Part shown: piece by piece, positions 24,475 through 36,351 of the stretch
How positions within the stretch are numbered: position 1 is the first letter of the stretch
Layout: every line of letters begins with the position of its first letter
Source of the DNA: Somniosus microcephalus
Taxonomy: Eukaryota
NCBI GenBank assembly: GCA_052327205.1
Contig: CM126207.1
Coordinates: forward strand, 207,948,001 to 208,012,000
DNA length: 64,000 bases
Reading direction: 5' to 3'
Notes under the pieces: model-generated
What the model was told of the DNA's origin: nothing
Database searches by the model: none
Seen by the model: only the letters and a program-made list of their open reading frames with translations
Translations under genes and position numbers: made by a program

Positions 24475-25138
24475 ACAGAAAATGCTGGAAATACTCGGCA
24501 GGCCAGGCAGCATCTGTGGAAACAGAGTTAACGTTTCAGGTCTGGGACCCTTCATCAGAACTGGAAAAAGCTGGAGATGTAACAGATATTAAGCAGATGC
24601 AGAGAAAGGGGGAGAGGTGGGGGGTTAGGAGGGGAGGAAGGAATTGAAAGAATATACTGTGCTTATGTAAGAGGCAGGAAAGATAAAATGTTGCAAATGG
24701 GAATGGCAAAATCATACAGCATGAAAAATGGGAGCAGGGATTATTGTCTGAAATTGTTGAACTCAATGTTAAGTCTGGAAGGCTGTAAAGTGCCTAATCG
24801 AAAGATGAGGTGCTGTTCCTCGAGCTTACGTTGAGCTTCATTGGAACAATGTAATAGGCCGAGGACAGAGAGATCAGAGTGGGAGTGAAGCGGAGAATTA
24901 AAGTGACAGGCGACTGGAAGCTCAGGGTCACCTTTACGGACTGAACGGAGGTGTTCCGCAAAGCGGTCGCCCAATCTGCGTTTGGTCTCCCCAATGTAGA
25001 GGAGACCACATCGTGAGCAGCGAATACAGTATATTAAATTGCGAGAAGTACAAGTAAATCGCTGTTTCACCTGGAAGGGGTGTTTGGGGCCCTGGACAGT
25101 GGGAAGGGAGGAGGTAAAAGGGCAGGTGTTGCATCTCC
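24475..25138 (-). mobile_element. Penelope-like element 3' end (GIY-YIG endonuclease plus pseudo-LTR)
   Basis: NLIYCIRC..CGLLYIGETKRRLGDRFAEH...GTLQPSRLN, followed by a typical Penelope terminal segment. Confidence 0.93.
24526..24562 (-). ncRNA. Minimal type I hammerhead ribozyme of the Penelope element
   Basis: - strand reads AGTT CTGATGA A GGGTC CCA GACCT GAAA CGTT AACT: core CUGAUGA/GAAA, stem II GGGUC/GACCU, palindromic ACGU stem III, stem I AGUU/AACU. Confidence 0.75.
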
Positions 25139-25719
25139 TGGCTTCAGCATCTTTCGGCCAGTGAGTGGGAAGTCAGCCAGTGCTCTTGGCTCAGTATATA
25201 GTGACCTGCTAGAAGGAGCATGTTGACAGATGGGGTTCAGATGTGATCTCCTTGTGGTGAAATAACCTGCTTACATTCATGAAGAATGGATGAGATGCCA
25301 GAAGTCAGTTATTGACCCTGTTATCACTCGTAATCCATATGCATGTATTTCGAGATTGGGGTCACTGGATGATGGTGAGCAGGAGCTCTGTTTATTTTTC
25401 CTTTCCTAGCGCAGAGATATTGACGCTTATTATCGTTTCCCCAAAGCTGTCCTGGCTACAATCATTCAGCTTAGCACGGACCAGGCATCGATCATAGGTT
25501 TTTCCTGATTTGTGCTGTTCAACGCTACTTAAAATTACATTTGCCCAAAGAAGGTCCACCATATGGCAGGTTTGAAATATATCTGGCAAGTTCAATCCTA
25601 ATTACTGAAATGAACGGTATCTATATGCACTTGGGGAACAGAAATGGTCGATGCGCATCACATTGGTATCTAAATATGTTGAATTGTTTCTCTGCTAAAG
25701 TGCTTGTTTTTTTTTAAAG

Positions 25720-25792
25720 AACCTGAAGAAATTGAAAGATCTGGACAGTTTGAAAAGACTGCAGGACTGACTGACATTTCAGGAATAGTTGG
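25720..25792 (+). CDS. CENPT: CENP-T coding exon 8, duplicated-module exon A copy 2 (EPEEIER…DISGIVG)
   Basis: 73 nt, phase 1->2, same GG|GTAATA donor as exon 6. Confidence 0.85.
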
Positions 25793-27344
25793 GTAATAAA
25801 TGATAGACAAGTAATAATCAGAGCTGTTGATTTTAATGATTTGAATAAGTCAAATTCAATTTTATTGCATGGTTTATGATATTTATTGATGATTTGGAGA
25901 TTAGATGCCATGATTGTATTCATTTTTCTGTGTAAACCATAAATAAGTGGCATTGTTAATTCATAAATGCAAAGATAGCTTGATATCAGTAAATGTTGCC
26001 ATTTATGGAATTCTCTGACTTTCATTGTATTTGACATGGTGCACTGGTCCTGTTTGTCGACCAAGTATTACAGAACATTTGTAATCAATCATCTTCAAGT
26101 CTATTAATCCCATGTCAGCAACTCCAAATTTCCTTTATTTTTGGGGGGAGGGGGCATTTAACCTCATGGGGTAAATGCCAGTGTTGCACTGATACTGTGC
26201 TGAGTTGAATTGTAATTTTCTTGTGTGGATCTGATTGCAGATAATTAGCACTTTTTTAGCTCTACGTGGCTGAGCTAAGAGCAAGAAATTTAGGCATCAT
26301 TCTCTAACCTCTCTCTGCACTGCCCTCAATTTTCTTTCCCTTTTTCCTCTTCTGAAAGCAGTGATTCGTGCAGGGATACAGTTGCTCACCAAAGTGACCA
26401 TCCTTCATGTCTAAGCCTAGATAGTGAGTGTTTGAAGTTATTTGATAATGGGGGCATCTCCGCTGAGCCCAATCCTGCCCTCATTCAATGTGCGCAAATG
26501 TATACTAATCACTGTATAAAAATCAGTAGCGGGAACTCTGTCAGATTTTACCCTTCTTAACCCAGTTGCCTTTTCATCAACCCATGGGGGTGAGACAGTA
26601 AAGAAAACCCCAAGCCGAGACTCATTTCTGAAGCTGTGGGGTTCCCAAATAATTCAGTTGATAAATACACTTCCCATTGTGGAACTAAGCCATACACACC
26701 AGAAAAGTGCATGATTCAACTCCTGGTCTATACCAAGGTAATGACAATAGGAGTGTTGCAATGAATCTCGGTGCTTTTGGACCAGAAAAAGAAGAAAATC
26801 AGTTGAGAGTTCCTGCACCTGCTTGCTATTCACTGCTGGCAAGTGCCTGCATGTGGATGACTGGCGAGGACAGGGTCAGGCTCAGCTATGCCATCTCAGA
26901 TATGAGAGCAAGTTACAGATTGATTTGTTCGACCGCTCCTCAGTGGGAGAAGAAGTCATGATGCAATTGAGTACACCCTATTTTGATGCAGTTCATTGGC
27001 TCCAGAATGAGGTAAATTGGGTTTTTGTGGGAACTTTCTAGGCCTGTTCTGCACCATACAATTGAGAGCCCAGTGTCCAGGCAACTTATAGTTTTGAGCA
27101 CTAATTACTGTAATGCTTTCATGGATTTTTGATCATTTTAAATTATTAGTCCCATCTGAGGAGTTGTGGGAAGATCATTTAGTCCTGTGGATTTGTGCAG
27201 GCTGATGCAGAGCCTAGCCTAAACTTAGTGGAAAGAAGAAGATAGGTTGTTAAAACAGAAGACCACGTAGAAAGTCACCTGCTCTGAACCCCATATAAAT
27301 CGTGACCACTGTTTATATGGTTTTAAAATGCTGCTATTTTGTTT

Positions 27345-27845
27345 GCATAGAATGTACAGAACAGAAACAGGCTATTCGGCCCAACTGGTCTGTGCCGATG
27401 TTTATGCTCCACATGAGCCTCCTCCCACCCCTCTTATCTAACCCCATCAGCATAACCACCTATTCCTTTCTCTCTCTCCTGTGTTTATCTAGCTTCCCCT
27501 TAAATGCATCTATGCTATTTGCCTTAACTTACTCGTGGTAGCGAGTTCCACATTCTTAGGGGTAAAGTAGAATCTCCTGAATTTCCTATTGGATTTAGTG
27601 ACTATCTTATATTTATGGCCCCTAGTTTTGGTCTCCGCCACAAGTGGAAACATCTTCTCTATGTCTACCTTCTCAAACCCCTTCATAATTTTAAAGACCT
27701 CTATCAGGTCACCCCGCAACCTTCTCTTTTCAAGAGAAAAGAGCCCCAGCCTATTCAGCCTTGCCTGATAGGTAGATCCTTTCAGTTCTGGTATCATCAT
27801 TGTGAATCTTTTTTGCTGCTTCTCCAGTGCCTCTACATCCTTTTT
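27345..27845 (-). mobile_element. CR1 3' fragment
   Basis: LGLFSLEKRRLRGDLIEVFKIMKG…TRGH. Confidence 0.85.
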
Positions 27846-28145
27846 TATAATCTGATTTAATCATGATATTTTAATGTAGAAAATATCGGGTATGCTGGAA
27901 TATTAATAGTCTATAGCCTGATGGCTCTGGCAGTGAGTATTGCTCTTGCAACCTTCTAAAGTTCAAGTTGGTCAATTTTGCTGGTTTGCAACTGGTCCTC
28001 CAGGTGATGCGCTCTGGATTTCAGCTAAGGTGAGAAGAGCTGGTGAGACCTGCCCAGTCTCACGGAAATGTATTTCTAGACAGAACATCAAAGGCCATAT
28101 ATGGCACCTGTGGAGAATGTATTAATAGTATTCTGTCTGTTGCAG

Positions 28146-28273
28146 ATCAATTAATTTTGATACTGAAGAGTCTCTGTCAAAACCAGTTCTGAGCAGAAGA
28201 CCGAGAAGAGACAAACTCATCAGTGAAGATGATTTTGAAGAAGGAGTACTTTTCTACTTGCAACAAACAAAAG
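28146..28273 (+). CDS. CENPT: CENP-T coding exon 9, duplicated-module exon B copy 2 (…SLSKPVLSRRPRRDKLISEDDFEEGV…)
   Basis: 128 nt, phase 2->1, GTTGCAG acceptor as in exon 7. Confidence 0.88.
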
Positions 28274-29369
28274 GTGTAGTAAATGTTTTATTAAAGCTTT
28301 TTCCTCCTGCTTTTAAGTTTTATCGGGGCTCTGCAATTCCCTTGTCTTAAATGTATGCATAGGTGGCCTGGTTCTTCAGGGTCAACTGCTGCTCTTGTAA
28401 CCGTATGCCAGAAGGTAAGTGACAGCTGCCTGGGGTGGCTCACCTTGTTTTCTTTTTCCACCTCTCTTTGGTAAAGTGGGTCACTTCTGCTCAGTATATC
28501 CTCCAACTACCTATTCAAGTTTGGGAACTTGAGTCCTGCAACTGCATGGCATGTTACTTTGATAAGTACTAGGTGTCCCAGCAAATTAAAAGTTGTGTGA
28601 AATGTTGCTGAATACAATTTAATGTGAACAAGTACAATGGTGTGTAAAATGCAGAATATAATCACCATTTCTAAATGTCTACTGTATTAACTATTAGTGC
28701 ACTAAAGAAGCATATCCCACAGTGATAGAATATGGATCTGTGGCTCAATGCTCCATGGAAATAAAGCAAAACTATATTGATGACGTGCATGTGTGCAGCT
28801 GGCACACTGAGGTTGGATAATCCCTTGAGGAGGCCTTGTGCCTACTGTGTGCTGTGATTGTGCTGTCTGTGTTTTTACAGCCAGGCTGAGGTGTCATCAC
28901 AGGATGCTTGCATTGATGGTGTGCAAAGTTCCCGTAGGGTTTGATTATGAGGCTTCCCTACCGTACATTTTGCATGGTTTGTCCAGAAATGCAATGTGAT
29001 CATTGAAGGACAGGATATTGCACATTTTTAAACTTGCTTCCTGGCCTTTGAGAGTGAGTTTCTTAAAGATGTTTAGCTGGTTTGTGAGTGAGTATGGGCT
29101 AGCAGAGTACTACTTTTGGCTTTTCGGATTGCTTTTGTTCTTAGTTTGCTGCATTTTTCTACATTATTTACTTAATTTTTATATTTTAGTTTCTTTGCCT
29201 GCCATTTGAAGGGAGTTTTAATCTCATTTTAAGCAACTTTCACTGGTACCCAAGGAGATGGGTGTAGAGACTCCAGTAGAGTTACTTGGACATCTCCAAG
29301 TAGATCTGCCTTCCATGCCTACACTTCACCAGGGAGATGGTCTCTACTGCAGACATCCTGCAGGATTAG

Positions 29370-29992
29370 AATGGCTCTGCCTGTGGCAATGAAAGTCATG
29401 ACTGCCTCAAACTCCTATGCTATTGGCTTCTTTCAAACTGCCTCGGCCAATATCTGTCACTTCAGCCAGTCTGTGGTGAAATGCCGCATACATGAGGTGA
29501 ATGATATCTTGTTTACTAGGGCTAATGGGTTTATCACTTTTCCATGGAAAGGTCTCTACTTTTTCAGAGTAGACGGGCTCTCGAGTGCAAGGTCTTATCG
29601 ATGGAACCCATGAGACCAGTTGGGCTCCTTTCACCAATGTTACGGATTTTATAAATAGGACAGGATTCCACTAAATTAACATACAGCTTGTGACCATCAC
29701 ACCACATTGTAAAGGTGGATGCCAGGTAACCTGGAAACTGCCATGACACACTTATCCTTTAGCAGTTAACAGTTCCATAGTTATTTCATGGTCTATCTAG
29801 ACAAAACTGATGGATCCTGAAGGAGCAGGAATAGTCTTTTGATACATGATACCAATATAAAATCTATGAAATACAGCTGAAGGAAAATATAATGAGGCGT
29901 ATGCCACCACAAGAATACAAATAGCACATACCACAAGCATGCTGAAGGCAAGATTCTGCTGTTTGAATAGATCTGGGGGTGTCCTGTTGTAC
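29370..29992 (+). pseudogene. Fossil PIF/Harbinger (HARBI1-like) DDE transposase
   Basis: Across frames: ALPVAMKV..SYAIGFFQ, VQGLIDGTH, FINRTGFH*INIQLV, DAR*PGNCHD, YNEAYATTR, LKARFCCLNRSGG; stops and frameshifts. Confidence 0.85.
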
Positions 29993-31094
29993 AATGTTGC
30001 AGTTACGCTCTCAGAAGAAAAGTCACCATGGAGTAGGTGGAAGATGCATGTCAGGCAGGCCTGAAGAAGACAGTGAGTCTGGGGATGAAGAATTGCAACT
30101 GCAGCAAGGAAGATAAATGGCAGTGTTTAATGGACAACAATTTGAATTTAAAAAAATCAAAGCCAGCCCAGCACCGTGTACATGTTACTAATAAACCAGC
30201 CCACCAAACCACATGCCCACCATTATCCTCTACTTAACATTAGTTACCATGCTTATCCATTCATTATTTGTAAATGTTTTTTCCCCCTCTTGTGACTGTA
30301 TGGTGGGTGTTTCCTGCTACCTAACCTAGTGCCACTTTTAGATGCTACCTAACCTAGTGCTACTTTTAGATGCTACCTTAGTGGGAGAAGAAAGTGAGGT
30401 GGCTTCCCGATAAATGTCTGAGTAGCTCCTGGAATGGAGGTGGCTCTTTACTCTTTGTGCTGGGTTTTAAGATGCTGATGCTGTGGTAGCTGCCTAAGTC
30501 TGTCCTCTTTATGGCTCAGCATGAACCATTTGAGTGGAGTAGCTAGTTGGTACGGTTGTTACATTGAACTGAGAGACAGCAGTCTCATCTGTGCCTACTC
30601 CTGCGTGTCCCTACTAGTGGGCACGCTCTCTGCATAATCTGTGATCTGCTTGGGAGCAGATTGCAGGTCTGCAATCATGCTTTTGAAGCCCTGCATCAGG
30701 GTACTTTCCAGATGATTCCCAGCATGGTGAATCCAGACAGGACAGTCATGGGCATTGGAGTCCAAAGTCTCTAACATCAAGTTGGAACATTCCCAAGAGA
30801 GTCCTGAGCTGCGATTTAGACCTCTGCTAAGCACGGGAGTGGGGTGTGGTGGGAGTGCTGCACTGCAGATGACCCTGAAGGTTTCATGCACTACACGTGA
30901 AACAGCACTGCACAAATGTGCTTGGTGAACTCCTTCATACTATTGGATCTTGCAGGGTGTTTTGCACATTCAGATGACTCTATGAATTGATGGTGCTCAG
31001 AAAACAGCATTCTTTTGTATACAGGACTTAAATTGCACCAATCCTGGAACTCAGCAGCTGAAGGTGGCCTTGAGTTAGTCCTCAGGCCAACTTG

Positions 31095-31747
31095 TTAGAA
31101 TCATAGAATATTACAGCAGTGAGGGAAGCCATTCAGCCCATCGAGTCTGCAGCAGCTCCTTCGAAGAGCAATCCAGTTAATCCCACTTCCTGGCTCTCCC
31201 CCAGATCCCTGCAATTTTTTCTCCTTTGAGTATTTATCCAGCTCCCTTTTGAAAGCTACTATTGACATTGAATCTGTTTCCACCACCCTATAAGAACATA
31301 AGAAATAGGAGCAGGAGTAGGCCATTTGAGCGCACTCTGCTATTCAATAAGATCATAGCTGATCTTCTACCTCAACTCCACCTTCCCGCACTATCCCCAT
31401 ATCCCTTGGTTCCCTTAGTATCCAAAAATCTATCAATCTCTGTCTTGAATATACTCAACAACTGAGCATCCACAGCCCTCTGGGACAGAGAATTCCAAAG
31501 ATTCACAACCCTTGAGTGAAGAAATTTCTCCTCATCTCCAGTCATAAATAACTGACCCCTTATTCTGAGATTATGCCCACTAGTTCTAGACTCTCCGGCC
31601 AGGGGAAACAACCTTTCAGCATCTACCTTGTCAATCCCCCTCAGATTCTTGTATCTTTCAATGAGATCACCTCTCATTCTTCTAAACTCCAGAGAGTATA
31701 GGCCCAATCTACTCGATCTCTCCTCATAGGACAACACTCTCATCCCT
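31095..31747 (-). mobile_element. Two adjacent CR1 3' fragments
   Basis: LGLYSLEFRRMRGDLIE…VVNLWNSL; two CR1 tails at about 31100 and 31295. Confidence 0.85.
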
Positions 31748-31749
31748 GA

Positions 31750-31930
31750 AAAACGCAGATAGGTTAATATTTCAGGTAGAGACCCTTTATTAGAACTTGA
31801 TCAGAATTCTGTTCAAAATTGATCACCTGAAATGTTGAGCTGTCTTTTTTTCTTTTCAGATGCTGATGGACCTGCTGTGTATTTTTATTATTTTTGTTTC
31901 TATTCCAGATTTCCAGCATTTGTACTTTTT
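31750..31930. mobile_element. Degenerate Penelope terminal segments in inverted arrangement
   Basis: Similar to 24480-24565 in both orientations (GTTAATATTTCAGGT..GACCC; CCTGAAATGTTGA..CAGATGCTG..ATTTCCAGCATT). Confidence 0.55.
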
Positions 31931-32175
31931 CTTTATATCTCAGAAATCATCTGAAGCTGATTGGTCTTGTGTAATAGTTCAGTATGCAATTTATATTCTC
32001 CATCTCAATCTACTTGGAAAGACATCAAATTAGAGATCAGAACTATACATTACAATATTTACAAATTATGACCAATGAAGCATAAGAAAGTTAGCAATTT
32101 GTCTCGTATAGAGCTAAAAATCATAAATGTTTGTGTTTGCAGAACTAGCAATAGTCCTGCAGCTGCAGAATTTAC

Positions 32176-33449
32176 ATAGATACATAGATACATAGAAGAT
32201 AGGAGCAGGAGTAGGCCATTCGGCCCTTCGTGCCTGCTCCGCCATTTAATGAGATCATGGCTGATCCTTTAATTCAGTATCCCGTCCCCGCCTTCTCTCC
32301 GTAACCCTTAACCCCTTTTGCCCGTAGAAATATATCTAATTCCCTCTTAAATATATTTAATGAGCTGGCGTACACTGCCCTCTGTGGCAATGAGTTCCAC
32401 AGGTTCACCACTCTCTGAGTGAAGAAATTCCCCCTCATCTCTGTCCTAAATGGTTTAGCCCTTATCCTTAAATTATGTCCTCTAGTTCTGTTTTCACCCG
32501 CCAAGGGAAACATTCCTTCTGCATCCAGTCTGTCTAGACCTGTCAGAATTTTATACACTTCTATGAGGTCCCCTCTCAATCTTCTAAACTCCAGTGTGTA
32601 CATCCCTAAACTACATAGTCTCTCCTCATAGGTCATTCCCGCCATTCCTGGTATCAGCCTGGTGAATCGCCGCTGCACCCCCTCCATGGCAAGAACATCC
32701 TTCCTCAGATGAGGCGACCAAAACTGTACACAGTACTCGAGGTGTGGTCTCACCAGTGCCCTGTACAGCTGCAGCAAGGTATCCCTGTTCCTGTATTCTA
32801 ACCCTTTTGCTATGAAGGCCAGCATACCGTTTGCCTTCTTGACCGCCTGTTGCACCTGCATGCTCGCCTTCAGTGACTGGTGTACAAGAACACCCAGGTC
32901 TCTCTGTACTTCCCCCTCTCCCAATCTATTGCCATTTAAATAATAATTTGCCCTCCCGTTCCTGCACCCAAGGTGGATAACTTCGCACTTGTCCACATTA
33001 TAGTGCATCTGCCATTTATCCGCCCAATCGCCCAGTCTGTCCAAATCGCTCTGGAGCTTCCTGGTCTCTTCCTCTGAGCCCACCCCACCTCCTAGTTTAG
33101 TGTCGTCTGCAAATTTGGAAATGCTGCATCCGACTCCCTGATCCAGGTCATTAATGTAAATTGTGAACAGCTGGGGGCCCAGGACAGATCCCTGTGGTAC
33201 CCCACTTGTTACTGCCTGCCATTCAGAAAATGAGCCGTTTATTCCAACTCTCTGTTTTCTATCTGACAGCCAGTTCCCTATCCACGCCAAAACTTTCCCC
33301 TTTATCCCATGAGCCTCAATTTTCCATGCTAATCTTTTATGTGGGACCTTATCGAAGGCCTTTTGGAAGTCCAGGTACACCACATCTACTGGCTCTCCCC
33401 CATCTATTCTACCAGTTACTCCCTCAAAAAATTCCAATAGATTAGTCAA
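32176..33449 (-). mobile_element. Young 5'-truncated CR1 LINE with an uninterrupted 391-codon RT/C-terminal frame
   Basis: YLDFQKAFDKVPH, GVPQGSVLGP, KFADDTKL, LVRPHLEY; (TCTATGTA)n tail. Confidence 0.95.
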
Positions 33450-34035
33450 TTGTGGAAACCTTGGCTGATTGCTTCAATCTTCCTTGGCTAAAAAGAATAC
33501 AATTATAGCAGCCCTACTGCCACTGTTCTAAGATCACCTAACAGACCAGGATTTGAATCTGGAACCTTCTGGTCTGTATGATTCAGCTACACACTGCCCT
33601 TTCCAAATGAGCCATCAGGAATGCTGACCAATTGCACTCTTAAATTGATTAAAAGTTTTGCAAAAGAGGAGCCTGGGTTGACTTCTATTTTTTCTTTCCA
33701 CTCTATGGAAAATTGCTTTGATCGTGTCTTGATCTTGCCTAGGATTGACCAGTGGCAGTATTACTGAGCCCAAGAACTCACCGTGGTGAAAATTTTGCCA
33801 TGAGTTAACAATTTACCATTGGATTGCTGCACCATGTACCCAGATAATGATTACACATTAGCTTCTGTTAGTGATGACAATTTCTGATAAACATAATAAG
33901 CCTGGCTATAATTTAGTTTTAAATACATTTTGACCAACAAAGTGGAATCTATATTGTTTTTCTTTAACTTATTTAGTTAGTAGAATACCTTAAAAACAAT
34001 AAGGTAATGAGACAACATTTTCTTTCATAATCTAG

Positions 34036-34449
34036 AGAAACCGCTCCCTGAAGTACAAGAAACATCAAGTGACAGCACTGGGAAAGAGAAATCAATTGCA
34101 AACACACAGCAGGATGAACTTGCTGCTACTGAACTGTACACTTCACCCCGGCCAACGAAAAGTGATGGGATGGAGGCTCTTTCAGTTGGGACTGAAGAGA
34201 TGAAAAATGAATTTGGTCTGAACTCCAGGCTTGACCTGGAAAAACAAACAGAATTATCAGTACCCGCTGAAGAAGAATCTTTACCAGTACCCGCTGAAGA
34301 AGAATCTGTAAAGATGGCCTACGCAGGAAGAGCCAGCTCTCACCCTCTCATTAAAGAAAAGAGCTTGACAGATACAGGCCACCAGATGGAGTATAGTGCA
34401 GAGAAACTCACTGAGGATCTTCATGTGGGTGAAGAGTCTATGGATCATG
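34036..34449 (+). CDS. CENPT: CENP-T coding exon 10 (…ATELYTSP… acidic linker)
   Basis: 414 nt, phase 1->1, open frame; TELY motif; internal VPAEEES duplication. Confidence 0.85.
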
Positions 34450-35285
34450 GTATTGCATTTCAGTCATACTGTTCTGTTGTAATGTTGCTGAATCCACTAG
34501 ATTATGCAGAAATGAATGTTTTGCATTATTGAAGGGGTTATAAGGGCAATTTTCTTGGGATGAAAAGTGTGCAGAATTATTTAGTTCAATATTTGATCCA
34601 TATAGTCTGCAAATCAGTTATTATTGGTACTGCAGACATTCTCCCTGTGTAGATTCAACTGTTTTCTTTGCAGCACTTCCCTATAAATATATTTTTCTGT
34701 TCCCTTTTTATATTTTTTCTCATCTTCAAAGAAATTATAGGAATTTTACTTTCTCCAGTTTTACTCCAGCATTTAATGCAGAATTCTGAATTATATCAAA
34801 AATTCTGAACATAAATTGAGGTTGTAACTAATTTTCTCTTATAAAAATGTAACCATTAAATACTGCATTTCACACCTGCAGGAAAGTGGTGGCTATGTAG
34901 AGGATGAAATACTCATTCATAACTTTGGACCTTATTGGGATGGAAATGGTATTTAGACCCATACCACATTCTTCTTATGACTTGTGTGTAGTGCAAGGAA
35001 ACTTCATGTCATTACTAATTACAAGAACTTCCATTTGCATTGTGCTTTCTGGATTTGAATCCAGCGTGGCTAGTTGGGATAAGTCTCCTTTCTCCTGGCT
35101 GTAAAGTTGTAAATGAGCTGAGTTTGGTTAGTGCCAACGCTATGCCGAATGGTTCCAAATCCATAGCACGCACAAATTGACACTAAATTATATTAAAATG
35201 GCAGTTTCGCTCCGGTTACAAGACAGCTAAGTTGGGCAAAATTGACACCGTCTACTTTTCATTCAAAACTGCTTAATTCAAATTA

Positions 35286-35598
35286 CAGGAAACTTTCTGG
35301 TATCCGGCATGGACGGGACCGACCTGGTGCCGGTTCATCAACAATTCCGGATAACTGAACGCTATAGTAAAAGATACGGAGCTCAGGGCTCCATATAAAG
35401 CTACAAACCCAACAGCTTCAAAACAATCGGCACAAGTTGCAAGCGTCTCTGTAGCTTAGCAACAGCTTCAGCTACACCCTTGCACAGCAACAAATGGAGT
35501 TTAAAAAGGTAATAAAAGTTAACGGAACCGACTCCTGAATTTTGCCGGTGGATAGAGCGTTCTGGTTATTTAGGGGCCGGTTAATCGAAAGTTTCCTG
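35286..35598. mobile_element. Second copy of the Tc1/mariner MITE, opposite orientation to 14444-14765
   Basis: TA-CAGGAAACTTT...AAAGTTTCCTG-TA; interior matches the reverse complement of the first copy. Confidence 0.9.
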
Positions 35599-36351
35599 TA
35601 TGTGAATTCAAATTTCTACTTTGCTGCATTATTAACATTGCTTAATTCAAGTTACTGGACATTTGATTTTTTAAGCACAAAATGACTGAATTGTCAGGAG
35701 TAGACTAAATTATATCAAATTGGTAATTATTTAGTTCACAAAGTTTGCCTACATATGTCACTGAGCTTGTAAAATTAATTTCTGTGAATTGTTTGGAGTT
35801 GATTCTTAGACATGATATGGAATTAAACATTCAAATCATCATCTTTGTTTACAATTGGTCAGTAAGGGTAATGCAAAATAAATTGGAAGGGAAACAAGAA
35901 AATGGAGTAAGAGCAGTAGGACTATTTCAATAGGGTGATTGCTGTTGATTTTCCCATCGTGGCTTAATGAATACATGTACGATTTGGTGTGGTGCTGAGT
36001 CATTGAGACCAGGAGGTTCCCTCTTTCCTGGTCTATGCAGATTTGGCTGCTCTCAGCCAGTGTAGCAGTGGGACTTTACAATCAATCTGTGTCCCTACGC
36101 TCAGAGGGGAAATATTAGCCAGGGTCCCAGTTCCTGATTTGCCATCTAGTAACCCATGCTGGAGAGTACCTGCAGACATCGGGTGATGGCAGTATTTGGG
36201 TTTGGCTGCGATGTCCCTCACACTTGAATAGCCTGTCAGCATTCACTATCTAGGCTCACCCATGAAAAGTGGTCCTTTTAGGTAAGGTACTGGAGGGTAG
36301 CTATAGCCCGGCATGAACCATTATCTTCAGAAGACATTGAAAGAAGAGAAA

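Noticed and set aside
21672-28273. Exons B1 and B2 as a simple mutually exclusive pair
   Set aside because: A phase-restoring copy of exon A lies between them (25720-25792), so tandem inclusion is in frame
29370-29992. Host HARBI1 gene
   Set aside because: Multiple stops and frameshifts and an intronic location indicate a transposon fossil
30312-30380. 30-bp tandem duplication, plus (TA)n, poly-A and poly-C runs elsewhere
   Set aside because: Ordinary slippage products with no sign of function
32274-33449. 391-aa ORF as a domesticated RT gene
   Set aside because: Starts mid-RT without a proper ATG and ends in a CR1 tail; an ordinary truncated insertion
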